DNA of 64,000 bases from Felis catus. Its lineage: Eukaryota. The DNA is taken from NCBI RefSeq assembly GCF_018350175.1, contig NC_058368.1:86802001-86866000 (forward strand), written 5' to 3'. Position numbers and translations under genes: made by a program. Position 1 is the stretch's first letter. The number at the start of each line of letters is the position of its first letter. This document shows, piece by piece, positions 1 through 13,539 of the stretch. The notes beneath the pieces are model-generated. The model had not been told where the DNA came from. It did not search any database and saw nothing but the letters and a program-made list of their open reading frames with translations.

Positions 1-377
1 TTATGTTTATTCTTGCCAAAAATGATGTCTAACTTCTCATATAATGTATTAGTAAGTAGCACTTTCAGACCATTTCCCTTCTCTGAAGAAAATGAATATA
101 AAACCTAAAGATAATACAAAGAGTAACTATGTAAAATTACTGCAGGATGATTAGTAGTTGACAGATTCTGGAAAGAGGATCTTGCTCACTTGAGGGAGAA
201 GACTACAGGAGTTTAATAAATTAACTTCCTTCATCACAGTTTTAACCATTAGTATACATACAATGTGCAAAGCACTCACGCTAGTGGTGAATGTCACACT
301 GGTAAAACCATAATCTTCCTTGAATGAGGAATGAGAAAAAAAAATGTAGGCGAATATGATTACTCAGTGAAGAGATA

Positions 378-599
378 TTTTATTTTTCTCAAGTTTTTAT
401 TTAAATTCAGTTTCTCAACATTCATTATAATATTAACTTCAGGTTTAGCATATACAGATTCAACATTTACACACACCACCCAGGACCCTCCTTAATACCC
501 ATCACCAATTTCATCCATTTCTTCCCTCTCTCCCAACATTCCCTTGGGTAGCCATCGCTTCATTCTCTACAGTTAAAAGCCTATTTCTTGTTTTGCCTA

Positions 600-643
<44 letters not shown>

Positions 644-807
644 AGTTTATTTGTTTTGTTTCTTAATTTCCATATAAAAGTGAAATAATATGATATTTAT
701 CTTTCTCTGACTGACTTATTTTGTTTAGCAAAATACCAGAGCTAGCACCACCCACATTGTTGCAAATGGCAAAAATTCATTCTTTTTCATGCCTTAGTAA
801 TATTCCA

Positions 808-862
<55 letters not shown>

Positions 863-1034
863 ACCTTTTTAATCCATTCATCAGTCAATGGATATTTGGG
901 CTCTTTCAAAAATTTGGCTACTGTTGATAATGCTTCTATAAACATTGGGGTGCATATATCCTTTCAAAATAGTATTTTGTATTCTTTGGGCACTTATTAG
1001 TGCAATCACTGGATCATAAAAATATCTATTTTTT
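378..1034 (-). mobile_element. LINE-1 3' end fragment (carnivore L1), containing (CA)n and (TA)n tracts
   Basis: Antisense L1 3'-UTR motifs (tttatttaaattc..., catattgttgcaaatggc-like, ccattcatcagtcaatgga); (CA)n ~606-641, (TA)n ~810-858. Confidence 0.85.
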
Positions 1035-1039
1035 AGGTC

Positions 1040-2590
1040 TCGAATTTTATTTAAATTCTAGTTAGTTAAAATACAGTGCAATATTGGTTTCAGAAATTAA
1101 TGATGTGTCACATATATCAGCCAGTGCTCACCATAACAAGGGTCCTCCTTAGTATCCATCACCTATCTATCCCATCCCCCACTCACCTCCCTCCATCAAC
1201 CCTGTTTTTTCTCTATCATTAAGAGTCTCTAATGGTTTGTTTTCTTCTCTCTCTTTTTTTCCCGTACCCTATATTCATCTGTTACTTAAATTCCACATAT
1301 GCGTGAAATCATGTGGTATTTGTCTTTATCTGACTATTTTTCTTAGCATAATACTCTCTACCTCATCTACATCGTTGCAAATGACAAGATTTCATTCTTA
1401 TTTATGAGTAATATTTCATTGGGTACACATACCACATCTTTATCCATTCATCAGTTGATGCACATTTATGTTCTTTCCATGGTTTGGTCATTATTGATAA
1501 TTCTGCTATAAACATCAGGAAGCATGTATCCCTTTAAGTCAGTATCTTTGTATCCTTTGAGTAAATACCTAGGAATGCAATTGTTTGATCATAGGGTAGT
1601 TCCATTTTTAACTTAATGAGGAAACCCCATACTGATTTCCACAATGGTTGCACCAGTTTAAGAGATCCCCTTTATCTGCATCAGTGTCAGCACCTGTTGC
1701 TCCCTATGCTCTTAATACTAATCATGCTGACTAGTGTGAATGATACCTCACTGCAGTTTTGATTTTTATTTCCCTGGTGATGATATTGAGCATGTTTTCA
1801 TGTATGTGTTGTCTACCTGGATATATTTTTTGGAAAAATGCCTCTTCATTTGATTTTGTCCACTTTTTAACTGGATTATTTAATTTTGGGGTGTTGAGTT
1901 TGATCAGTTCTTTATAGATTTTTGTTACTAAATGCCCAGTGTTCCCAACACTGTTTGTTGAAGAGACTATCCTTTTGTTCCACAGGATATTCCTTCCTAC
2001 TTTGTTAGGGAGGAGTTGACCATATGGGTATGGTTCCATTTCTCAATTTTCTCTTCTGCTCCATTGATGTATGTTTCTGTTTTTGTACCAGTAGCATAAT
2101 GTCTTGATCACCACAGCTTTGTAATATCATCTGAATTCTGGAATTGTGATGCCTCCAACTTTTCTTTTCTTTTTCATTTTTTAATTTTTTTAACGTTTAT
2201 TTACTTTTGAGACAGAGAGAGACAGAGGATGAATGGGGGAGGGTCAGAGAGAGAGAGGGAGACACAGAATCTGAAACAGGCTCCAGGCTCTGAGCTGTCA
2301 GCACAGAACCTGATGTGGGGTTCGAACTCACGACCCATGAGATCATGACCTGAGCCGAAGTCGGATGCTTAACCAACTGAGCCACCCAGGCTCCCCTCTT
2401 TTCTTTTTCAAGATTGCTTTTGCTCTTTGAGTTTAGATGTGGTCCCATAAAAATTTTAGAATTCTTTGTTATAATTCTGAGAAAAATGCTTCGGGTATTT
2501 TAACAGGGATTACATTAAATGTGCAGATTCCTTTGGGTAATATAGACATTTTACCAATATTTGTTCTTCTAATCCATAAGCATGGAAGGT
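1040..2590 (-). mobile_element. Older LINE-1, 3' part (continues at ~10160 after a nested full-length L1)
   Basis: L1 3'UTR and ORF2 C-terminal remnants (ORF 1731-2039: [20 protein letters not shown]); internal deletion near 1925; sequence resumes in register at 10160. Confidence 0.85.
2175..2396 (-). mobile_element. Can-SINE (felid type)
   Basis: Reverse complement gives GGGAGCCTGGGTGGCTCAGTTGGTTAAGC... tRNA-derived head, (CT)n region and A-rich tail. Confidence 0.95.
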
Positions 2591-5500
2591 TTTTCTTTTT
2601 CTTTTTCTTTTTCTTTTTTGTTTTTTTTGAGTTTTGGCAGATTATATATTTTATTTATTTTTTAACCTTATTTATTTATTTATTTATTTATTTTTAATTT
2701 GCATTCAAATTAGTTAGCATATAGTGAAGCAATGATTTCAGGAGTAGATTCCTTAATGCCCCTTACCCACTTACCCCATCCTCACTCTCACACCCCTCCA
2801 GCAACCCTGTTTGTTCTCCATATTTATGAGTCTCTGCTGTTTTGTCCCCCTCCCTGTTTTTATATTACTTTTGTTTCCCTGCCCTTATGTTCATCTGTTT
2901 TGTCTCTTAAAGTCCTCATATGAGTGAAGTCATGTGATTTTTGTCTTTCTCTGGCTGACTAATTTCAGTTAGCATCATACCCTCCAGTTCCATCCACATA
3001 GTTGCAAATAGCAAGATTTCATTCTTTTTGATTGCTGAGTAATACTCCATTGTATATATATACTACTTTTTCTTTAGCCATTCATCCATCAATAGACTTT
3101 TGGGCTCTTTCCATAATTTGGCTATTGTTGATAGTGCTGCTATAAACATGGGGGTGCATGTGTCCCTTCAAAACAGCACACCTGTATCCCGTGGATAAAT
3201 GCCTAGTAGTGCAATTACTGGGTTGTAGGCTAGTTCTATTTTTAATTTTTGGAGGAACCTCCAGACTGTTTTCCAGAGTGGCTGCACCAACTTACATACC
3301 CACCAACATGCAAAAGAGATCCTCTTCCTCCACATCCTCGCCAACATCTGTTGTGGTCTGAGTCGTTAATGTTAGCCATTCTGACAAGTGTGAGGTGGTA
3401 TCTCATTGTGGTTTTGATTTGTAATTCCCTGACGATGAGTGATGTGGAGCATTTTTTCATGTGTCAGTTGGCCATCTGGATGTCTTCCTTGGAGAAGTAT
3501 CTATTCATGACTTTTGCCCATTTTTTCACTGCATTATTTGCTTTTTTGGGTGTGGAGTTTGGTGAGCTTTTTGTAGATTTTGGATACTAACCCTTTATCT
3601 GATAGGTCATTTGCAAATATCTTCTCCCATTCTGTCGGATGCCTTTTAGTTTTGTTGATTGTTTCCTTTGCTGTGCAGAAGATTTTATTTTTATGAGGTC
3701 CCAGTAGTTCATTTTTGCTTTTGTTTCCCTGGCCTCTGGAGATGTGTTGAGTAACAAATTGCTGCGGCCAAGGTCAAACAGGTTTTTGCCTGCTTTCTCC
3801 TTGAGGATTTTGATGGTTTCCTGTCTTACATTGAGGTCTTTCATCCATTTTGAGTTTATTTTTGTGTATGGTGTAGGAAAGTGGTCCAGGTTCATTCTTC
3901 TGCATGGAACTGCCCAGTTTTCCCAGTACCCCTTTCTGAAGAGACTGTCTTTATTCCATTGGATATTCTTTCGTGCTTTGTCAAAGATTAGTTGGCCATA
4001 AGTTTGTGGGTCCATTTCTGGATTCTCTATTCTGTTCCATTGGTCTGACTGTCTGTTCTTGTGCCAGTAACATACTGTCTTGATTACAGCTTTGTAGTAT
4101 AGCTTGAAATCTTGGATTGTGATGCCTCCTGCTTTGGTTTTCTTTTTCAAGATTGCTTTGGCTATTTGGGGACTTTTCTGGTTCCATACAAATTTTAGGA
4201 TTATTCTTTCTATCTCTTTGAAGAGTGGTGGTGTTACCTTGATAGGGATTGCGTTGAATATGTAGATTGCTTTGGGTAGTATCAACATGTTAACAATATT
4301 TGTTCTTCCTATCCAGAAGCACAGAATCTTTTTCCACTTTTGTGTGACTTCTTCAATTTCTTTCATAAGCTTTCTATGGTTTTCAGTGTATAGATTTTTC
4401 ACCACTTTGGTGAGATTTATTCCTAGGAATTTTATGATTTATGGTGCAACTGTAAATGGGATCGATACCTTGATTTCTCTTTCTGTTGCCTCATTGTTGG
4501 TGTTATAGGAATGGAACTGATTTCTGTGCATTCAATTTACATCCTGCAACATTGCTGAATTCAGTTAATCAATTCTAGCAGTTTTTTGGTTGAATTTTTT
4601 AGGTTTTCCATATAGAGTATCGTGTCTTTGCAAAGAGTGAAAGATTGACCTCCTCCTGGATGATTTGGATGCATTTTATTTCTTTGTGTTGTCTGCTTGC
4701 AGAGGCTAAGACTTCCAGTACTATGTCAAATAACAGTAGTGAGAGTGGACATCTCTGTCTTGTTCCTGACTTTAGGGGGAAAGCTCTCAGTTTTTCCCCA
4801 TTGAGGATGATATTAGCAATGGGTCGTTCATATATGGCTTTTATGATCTCGAGGTATTATCCTTCTATTCCTACTTTCTTGAGGGTTTTTATCAAGAAAG
4901 ATTACTGTATTTTGTCAAATGCTTTCTCTGCACCTATTGAGAGGATCATACAGTTCTTGTCCTTTCTTTTATCGATGTGATGAATCATGTTAATTGTTTT
5001 GTGGATATTGAACCAGCCCTGCATCCCAGGTATACATCCCACTTGGTCATGGTGAATAATTTTTTAATGTATTGTTGGATCCAGTTGGCTAATATCTTGT
5101 TGAGGAATATTGCATTCATGTTCATCAGGGTAATTGTTCTATAGTTCTCCTTTTTAGTGGGGTCTCTGTCTGGTTTTGGAATCAAGGTAATGCTGGCTTC
5201 ATAGAAGGAGTTTGGATGTTTTCCTTCCATTTCTATTTTTGGAAGAGTTTCAAGAGAATAGGTGTTAACTCTTTCTTAAATGTTTGGTAGAATTCCCCTG
5301 GAAAGCCATCTGCTCCTGAACTCTTGTTTTTTGGGAGATTTTTGATTACAAATTTGATTTCCTTACTGGTTATGGGTCTGTTCCAATTTTCTATTTCTTC
5401 CTGTTTCAGTTTTGGTAGTGTATATGTTTCTAGGAATTTGTCCATTTCTTCCAGACTGTCCATTTTATTGACATATAATTGCTCATAAAATTCTATTATT

Positions 5501-5751
5501 ATTGTTTTTATCTTTGATGTGCTGGTTGTGATCTCTCCTCTTTCATTCTTGATTTTACTTATTTGGGGCCTTTCCTTTTTCTTCTTGACCAAATTGGCTA
5601 TTCGTTTATCAAGTTTAATTCTTTCAAAGAACCAGTTTCTGGTTTCATTGATCTGTTCTACTGTGTTTTTTTTTTTTTTGGTTTGGATACCATTAATTTC
5701 TGCTTTAATCTTTATTATTTTCTGTCTTCTGCTGGTTTTGGGTTTTATTTG

Positions 5752-6075
5752 CTGTTCTTTTTCCAGCTCATTAAGGCATAAGGTTAGGTTGTGTATCTGA
5801 GATATTTCTTCCTTCTTTAGGAAGGCCTGGATTGTTATATACTTTCCTCTTATGACCACCTTTGCTGCATCCCAGAGGTTATGGGTTGTGATGCTATCAT
5901 TTTCATTGAATTACTGTTCTTTTTCCAGCTCATTAAGGCATAAGATTAGGTTGTGTATCTGAGATATTTCTTCCTTCTTTAGGAAGGCCTGGATTGTTAT
6001 ATACTTTCCTCTTATGACCACCTTTGCTGCATCCCAGAGGTTATGGGTTGTGATGCTATCATTTTCATTGAATTA
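5752..6075. repeat. 162-bp direct tandem duplication inside L1 ORF2
   Basis: ctgttctttttccagctcattaagg...cattgaatta occurs at 5752-5913 and 5914-6075; one mismatch noticed. Confidence 0.95.
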
Positions 6076-7879
6076 CATAATTTCTTTGGCTTTTTAATTT
6101 CTTCTTTGCTTAGTTAGCCCATTCATTCTTTAGTAGGATGTTCTTCAGTCTCCAAGTATTTGTTACCTTTCCAAATTTTTTCTTGTGGTTGATTTCGAGT
6201 TTCATAGCATTGTGGTCTGAAAATATGCACGGTATGATCTCAATCTTTTAGTACCTACTTAGGGTTGATTTGTGTCCCAGTATATAGTCTATCCTGGAGA
6301 ACGTTCCATGTGCACTGGAGAAGAATGTATATTCTGCTGCTTTAGGATGAAATGTTCTGAATGTACCTGTTAAGTCCATCTGGTCCAATGTGTCATTCAA
6401 AGCCATTGTTTCCTTCTTAGTTTTTTGATTAGATGACCTGTCCATAGCTGTGAGTGGGGTGTTGAAGTCTCCTGCTATTATGGTATTACTATCAATGAGT
6501 TTCTTTATGTTTGTGATTAATTGATTTATATATTTTGGTTTTCCCACATTTGGCACATAAATGTTTACAACTGTAGGTCTTCTTTGTCTATAGACCCCTT
6601 TATTATGATAAAATGTCCTTCTGCATCTCTTGATACAGTCTTTATTTTAAAATCTAGATTGTCTGATATAAGTATGGCTATCTTTTGTTGACCATTAGCA
6701 TGATAAATGGTTCTCCATCCCTTTAGTTTCAATCTGAAGGTCTCTTTAGGTCTAAAGTGGGTCTCTTGTAAACAGCATATAGATGGATCTTGTTTTCTTA
6801 TCCATTCTGTTACCTATGTCTTTTGATTGAAGCATTGAGTCCATTGATGTTTAGAGTGAGTACTGAAAGATATGAATTTATTGCCATTATGATGCTCGTA
6901 GAGTTGGAGTTTCTGGTGGTGTTCTTTTGCCCTTTCTAATCTTTGTTGCTTTTGGTATATATCTATATTTTTTTTCTTCATATTTTCTCCCCTCAGAAAG
7001 TCCCCCTTAAAATATCTTGCAGGGCTGGTTTAGTGGTCACAAACTCCTTTAATTTTTGTTTGTCTGGGAAACTTTTTATCTCTCCTTCTATTTTGAATGA
7101 CAGCCTTGTTGGATATAGAATTCTTGGTCGCATATTTTTCTGATTCAGCACACTAAATATATCCTGCCACTCCTTTCTGGCCTGCCAAGTTTCTGTGGAT
7201 AGGTCTGCTGCAAACCTGATCTGTCTTCCCTTGTAGGTTAGGAACTTTTTTCCCTTGCTGTTTTCATGATTCTCTCCTTGCCTTAGTATTTTGTGAATTT
7301 GACTATGATATGCCTTGTTGATGATCGGTTTTTGTTGAATCTAATGGGAGTCCTCTGTGCTTCCTGAATTTTCATGTATGTGTCTTTCCCCAGGTTAGGA
7401 AAGTTTTCCACTATAATTTGCTCACATAACCCTTCTACCCCTGTTTCTCTTTCTCCCTTCTCTGGGACCACTATGATTCTGATGTTGTTCCTTTTGAATG
7501 AGTCACTGATTTCTCTAACTCTTAAATCGTGCTTTTTTGCCTTCATCTCCCTTTTTTTTCTGCTTCATTATTTTCTATGTTTTTCCTTTATATCACTGAT
7601 TCTCTGTTCTGCCTCACCCATGCTGCTGCTGCATCCATCCGTGATTGCAGCTCAGTTACAACATTTTTAATTTCATTCTGCCTATTTTTACCTCTTTTAT
7701 ATCTACAGAAAGGGATTCTAATATATTTTTGACTCCACCTACTATTCTTATTATTGTGATTCTAAATCATGAAATTCTGGTTCAGACATCTTGCTTGTAT
7801 CTGTGTTGGTTAACTCCCTGGCTGTCGTTTCCTCATGCTCTTTCTTTTGGGGTGAATTCCTTCATTTTGTCATTTTGAA

Positions 7880-8880
7880 GGAAGAAAAAGAATTAATGAG
7901 GTAGAAAAATTGAAATTAAAAAAATAAAATTAAAAAGTATTAAAATTAAAAATTAAAAATTAAAGACACACACACAAATCGAATAGATGATGCTAGATCC
8001 AAGGTATGTTTTGGTCTGGGTGTTGAAAGTTGTTTGACAGATTAGTGAAACGAAAAAAAAAAAAGGAAATTGTTTGAGAATTTGAAAAAATGAATACACT
8101 AACGTAGACTAAAATGAGATGATGTGGATACAATAAAATTTGAAAGAATATACACAATAGTAGAGAATATGGTAGAAAAAAATTAAAGGAAAATATTTTT
8201 AATAAAAATTAAAAAGAAATATTTTTTTTTCATTTTCTATATTTAACAAAAAAGAAAAAAATGAAAAAGAGAAAAAAGATAAAAAATGAAAAAAGAAAAG
8301 AAAAAAAGAAATTGTTTGAAAATCTGAAAAAGTGAATACACTGTAACAGTGTAACAGTGTACGAATACACTGTAACAGTGTAACAGTGTACTGTTACACT
8401 GTAACAGTCTACTGTTTCAGTAGACTGAAATAAAATGATGGGAGTAAAATAGAATTTGAAAAAATTTACATAAAAGCAAAAATTATAGTAATAAAAATTA
8501 AATAAAAATATTTTTAAAAGAAATTGAAATTAAAAAATGAAATTTTTCTCTTCTGCATTCAAGAAAAAGAAATGAAATTAAAAAGAGACAAAAAGAAAAA
8601 AAAAGAACAAAAGGAAATTTTTTGAAAATTGGAAAAGGTGAGTACACTGAAGTAGACTAAAATAAAATGATGGAAGTAAAGTAGAATTTGAAAAAAATTA
8701 CACAAAAGTAAAAAATATAGTAATAAATATTAAAGACAGATATTTTAATAAAAATTGAAAATAAAAATGAGTTTTTTCTCTTTCTGTATTCAAGAAAAAG
8801 AAAAGAATTGTAAAAGTGAAAAAGGAAAAAGAGAAGAAAAAGAAAAAATAAGAAAAAGAATTGAATAGATGAACCTGCTA
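7880..8880. repeat. About three imperfect A-rich ~250-300 bp units in the L1 5' region
   Basis: Unit core gaaattgtttga(g/a)aat..gaaaaa..gaatacact..gtagactaaaat recurs near 8066, 8308 and 8613. Confidence 0.8.
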
Positions 8881-10159
8881 ACAGATTAAAGTAGGACTGA
8901 CGTTGCTTTCTTTTCCCCCAGAGGTCAGTCTATGTAGCTCTTTATAGTCCATAAACTAATCCAGAGGTGAGACTTGTGTTCTTGAAGAGCAAAGTTGGCC
9001 TAGTTGGGCAGGGCTGAGTGTAACAGTCTGGTCTCCACTAGATGGTGCTACTAGCCTACTGGGGTGGATTGTTGTGGTGCTAGTAGGTGCCCAGGCACAT
9101 GCATGGGAGCAGTGAAAATGGCGCCACCCAGCTACCCAGTCTGTTCTCCCACATCAGCAATTGCATACCAATTCTCTGTCTTCACCTCTTGTCCCCTCCC
9201 CACTTTTCAACTCTCCATGACAGGCATTTCGACTCTCCATGCCAGGTGCCAGGCAGTACTTTTCTCCCAAGTTTTGTCTCAGATGCGGCTGTTTTCCCTG
9301 GCCCCTTATTTCTGAAGGACTGTAGCTTTGACCCCTTCTGGCCCTCTGCAGGAGTGTCTCACCAAGCAATGGCTGAATGTCAGCTGCACCCAGGAATGCC
9401 CTATGGACCCTGCTGTTGCCGGTGCTCTGAGACTGTGGCCAGGTGCCAGCCCACGCCCAAAAAAGATTGCGAGACACAGTAGCATCAGCGTTTCACAGAT
9501 TTTGGAGAATCACAACACACATCTGGCACCAAGCTTCACCCTCAATGACCTTTCCCCAGCACCAGCGAATGTGGCTGCCTCTGGAGTCTGCTGGGACCAG
9601 GTGGCTTCAACAGTCTCTACCTTATGTCCTTCCAGCAGTGGAACCACTTTTCCCCGCGTGGCCTGAGAATCTCCTGGACCCCACTCTGTTCCTGGTGATT
9701 CACATTTCCCACCAGAGCACCACCAGGTATCGAGCTGCAGAGTTGCAGCCTTTGCCCTCCCCTTGTTTACAGTCTTAATGGAATTTAAACCCACTCCTTT
9801 CTCCTTTCTCCTTTCTGCCTTTTTAGTTTAGTTCCTGTGGCTGTTTTCAATTATCCACTTTCTCTCCAGCTGCTTTTTGGAAGGGGTGCTTTTTCTGTAT
9901 GCTCCCCACCTCCCCAGTATCCATCCTCTCTCCACACACAAAAGGGGTTCCCCACCTTTCATGGCTTCTTGCTCCCCAAGTTGAGCTCTTCGTGTTGTGT
10001 ACATGCTGAATTCTGTGGTTCAGGTTGTCCAGGTTGTTGTGTTAATCTTCCAATCAGTTTTCTAGGTGTGTAGGATGGTTTAGTGTTGGTCTGGCTGTAT
10101 TTCATAGGCGCAAGACACACAAAAAACCTCCATGCTGTTCTGCCATCTTGGCTCCTCCC

Positions 10160-13100
10160 AGAATGATTTTCTATTTCTTTGTTTCTTCCTCAATTTCTTT
10201 TATAAGTGTTCTATAGTTTTCATCATACAGATCTTTTACTTCTTTGGTTAAGTTTATTCCTAAGTAGTTTATGTTTTTGATGCAATTGTAAATGGGATGG
10301 ATTCCTTCACTTATATTTCTGTTGTTTCATTATTGGTGTATAGAAATGCAACAGATTTCTGTACATTGATTTTATAGCCTGTGACTTTACTGATTTTGTG
10401 TAGCAGTTCTAGCAATTGCAAGAGTTGGCAGAGTCTTAGGATTTTCTATATAGAGTATCATGTCATCTGGAAATAGGGAAAGTTTGATTTATTCCTTGCT
10501 AATTGTGATGTATTTTATTTCTTTTTGTTGTCTGAATCCTGTGAGCTAGAACTTCCAGTACAATGTTAAGTAACAAAGGACATGCTTGTTTTTTTCCTGA
10601 TTATAGAGGAAAAATCCTCAGTTTTTCCCTTTGAGGATAATATTAGCTGTGGACTTTTTATATATGGCTTTATTATGTGGAAATATGTTACACTTAACCC
10701 TACTTTGTTGACTATTTTTATCATGAATGGATGCTGTACCCTGTCAAATGCTTTTTCTGTATTTCTTGAAAGGATCTTATGGTTCTTATCCTTCCTTTTA
10801 TTATTGTAGGGTCTCATGTTGCTTGATTTGTAAACATTGAACCACTCTTGCAGCCCAAGAATACATACCATCTTATCATGGTGAATGATTCTTTAGTGTA
10901 CTGTTGGATTCAATTTGCTGGTAATTTATTGAGAATTTTTGCATCCATGTTCATCATGGATATTGGCCTATAGTTTTTTGTTGTTGTTTGTTTGTTTTTC
11001 TTTTTCTTTTTTCTTTTCTTTCTTTCTTAGTGGACTCTTTACCTGGTTTTAGTATCAGGATAATGCTTGTCTGATAGAACAAGTTTAGAAGTTTAATTTC
11101 TTCAAGTTTGAGAAGTATAGGTACTCACTCTTCTTTAAACATTTGGTAGAATTCACCTGTGACAGCCATCTGGCCCCAGACTTTTGTTTGTTTGGAATTT
11201 TCTTATTACTGATTCAATTTATTTGCTGATTATTGGTCTGTTCAAATTTTCTCTCACTTCTTCTTCTGGGACTCCTATAATATGAATGTTATTATGTTTG
11301 ATGGAGTTGCTTTTTTTCCTTAACTCTATTCTTGTGTTCCATAATTCTTCTTTTTCTCTTTTTTCAGCTTCATTATTCCCCATAATTTTAACTTCTATAT
11401 CACTTATTTATTCCCCTACTTCTTCCATCATTGTGGTCATTGATTTCAGTCTCTTTCAATTCTCAGTTATTGCATTTTTCATTCCTGATTCATTGTTTTT
11501 GTTTTGTTTTGTTTTGTTTGCCTTTTATGTCTGGGGTAAAGGTCTCCCTGAAGTCTTTTTCTTCCCCAAGCCCAGTGAGTACCTTTATGATTTTTACTTT
11601 AAATTATCCATAATTTTAATTACTTATATCTGTTTTGATTAGATCTTTGGCTATGATCTTACCTTATTCTTTCATTTGGCATGAATATCTCCATCTTGGC
11701 ATTTTGTCTATGTTTCTGCTTCCTTCTCTGTGTTAGAAAACCCTGTGATGTTTCCAGATCTTGAGAGTAATGGCTTTATGAATAAGAGGTCATATAGTGT
11801 CCAGGGCTTGGCTCTTCAGGGAGTGTCTCTGGTGTGTGCTGCATGCACTTGGCTGCTGTGTTTTGCCTGCACTATCCTTTGGACCAGCCGTCTGCAAAGG
11901 CTCTCCTTGCCTGCAGTGGGCAGTGTTTGTACCTTGTCCAGAATGTTATGAATTTTAAGTAGGTGTGCTCTTCTTCACTAGTTAGTTGGGATTGGCGGTA
12001 CTTCTATTAGCACTAAAGCCTTGTAGAACTCTCTGATCAGGGGATGTCTTGTGAGTAAGGGTTTCTCCTGGTCTTCTGTGGAAGAGGCCTGCTGCACTGG
12101 AACTAAGGCACACTTGCCTGAGAATGGCAGTACCCATAGAGCATAGAGGGGTGGCACATGATTTAAGCAGTTTAGGCAGCCAGTCACAGAACAATGCTGT
12201 TTACTGACAGTGGTTTGGTGTTTATAATGAATCTTAGAGGAGGGAAATAACACAAATCAGCTCATTTGTCCTCTGAGTGTGGTCTCAGAGCAGAGCTTCC
12301 TGCTCTTAGAGTAGCACTTCCAGAAGAGCTAATAAGCACTGTGTGTCCCAGGTATTTTTCAGATCATTGTTTTCACACTGTCTGGCCCCGGGATTTTAGC
12401 CTGCTTTGTCTTGAGGGGCAATTCAGCGCCTTAGGCTCTATCTCAGTCAAGCCTGCTGACTTTTAAGAAACAAAACAGATAAACATAGAGGAGGGGAAGA
12501 AAAAATAAGATAAAAACAAATAGGGAGACAAACTGTAAGAGACTCTTGAATACAGAAAACAAACTGAGGGTTGCTGGTGGGCTGTTGGGTTGGGGGAAGG
12601 ACTAATGGAGTGAGAGGCATGAAAGAGGGCACTCGTTGGGATGAACCCTGAGTGTTGTAATTGATGAATCAATAAATTATACTCCTAAAACCATTATTAC
12701 ACTATATGTTAAATACAGAAATAAATGAATGAATAAATAAATAAATATCTCCAGGCTTTAGGGAGGTCATGTGGCCAGAAGCCTACACTGGTCTTCTGGG
12801 AGAGGGTCTTGCACAGTGGGACCAATGCAGGTTTGACCTAGAAAGGCAGTTGTACCAGAGTTCAAGGTCATGGGACTTGGAGCAAGCAGGCTAAGCAGTG
12901 TTGGGACCAATCTTCCCTTGGCAGCCAGCTCTACACCTATGCTGAGAGGCAGGGGAGGGAAATGATACATGCTGGCTCTTTTGTCCTCAGAAAGACATCT
13001 GAGAATGTCACATCTCATGGATGTCCTCCAAGAAAAGTGAACAATCTTTCCCTGTGTACCTTAGGTGTTCCTCAGATGATGCTGTCTGTGGGTTGTCTCC

Positions 13101-13530
13101 TTACCCTCTCTTTAGGAGTAAGGCAGAGCCCTCAGGTCTCTTTACAACCAAGCTGGCAGACTTTTAAAATTGCAGTCTTCAAGCCTCACTGGTTGCAAAA
13201 ACTAGAAAAAAACAACCCTTCTCATTTTCCCAGACAATAGCTTTGGGGAAGTGTTCTTGTGTGTTCCACTGTGTGTTCCTCTTGTCTTCTCTATAACCAT
13301 AGCTTCTACCCCGCCATAGCACCAGAGATCTGCTTTTCCTCCAAATCATGTGTTTGCACTTCTTACTTCCCCCACCACTACCTCTTCTCTCCCTCTAATT
13401 ATGAAGTTTTTTTCTGTCAATCCTCAGGTTGATTTCTTGGGTATTCAGAGTGATTTGATAGTTATCTAGTGTGTTCAAGGGATGAGATGAGCCTAGTGGC
13501 CTCCTACTATGCTGCCATCTTAGCTCCCTC
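10160..13530 (-). mobile_element. Older LINE-1, 5' part (ORF2 RT remnant, large deletion near 11255, ORF1/5'UTR remnant)
   Basis: ORF 10566-10871 is RT-like (KAFDRVQHPFMIK); 5' terminus GGAGGGAGCTAAGATGGCAGC at ~13530. Confidence 0.85.
12462..12746 (+). mobile_element. Short 5'-truncated L1 3' end inserted in the older L1 5'UTR
   Basis: aagaaacaaaacagataaacatag...gagactcttgaatacagaaaacaaactgaggg...A-rich tail. Confidence 0.85.
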
Positions 13531-13539
13531 CAAGTAAAG

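Larger units (their letters stand above)
2590..10159 (-). mobile_element. Full-length but inactivated felid LINE-1 (5'UTR, ORF1, ORF2, 3'UTR, poly-A)
   Basis: 5' end GGGAGGAGCCAAGATGGC at 10159; ORF1 remnant 7283-7546 (KRNNIRIIVVPE, IQEAQRTP); ORF2 EN 6248-6556 (GDFNTPL, HGTFSRIDY); RT and C-terminal fragments 3242-5859; multiple stops and frameshifts. Confidence 0.95.

Noticed and set aside
3242..6890. Long ORFs (272 aa, 208 aa) as a functional reverse transcriptase or novel gene
   Set aside because: Pieces of L1 ORF2 broken by stops and frameshifts
8332..8427. CRISPR-like or structured ncRNA interpretation of the palindromic repeats
   Set aside because: Mammalian DNA, no spacers, fully explained by copying of the flanks
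9064..10073. Cluster of GC-richer ORFs as an ORF0-like antisense gene
   Set aside because: Lies in the L1 5'UTR; short overlapping frames with no recognisable protein, and no evidence without conservation data
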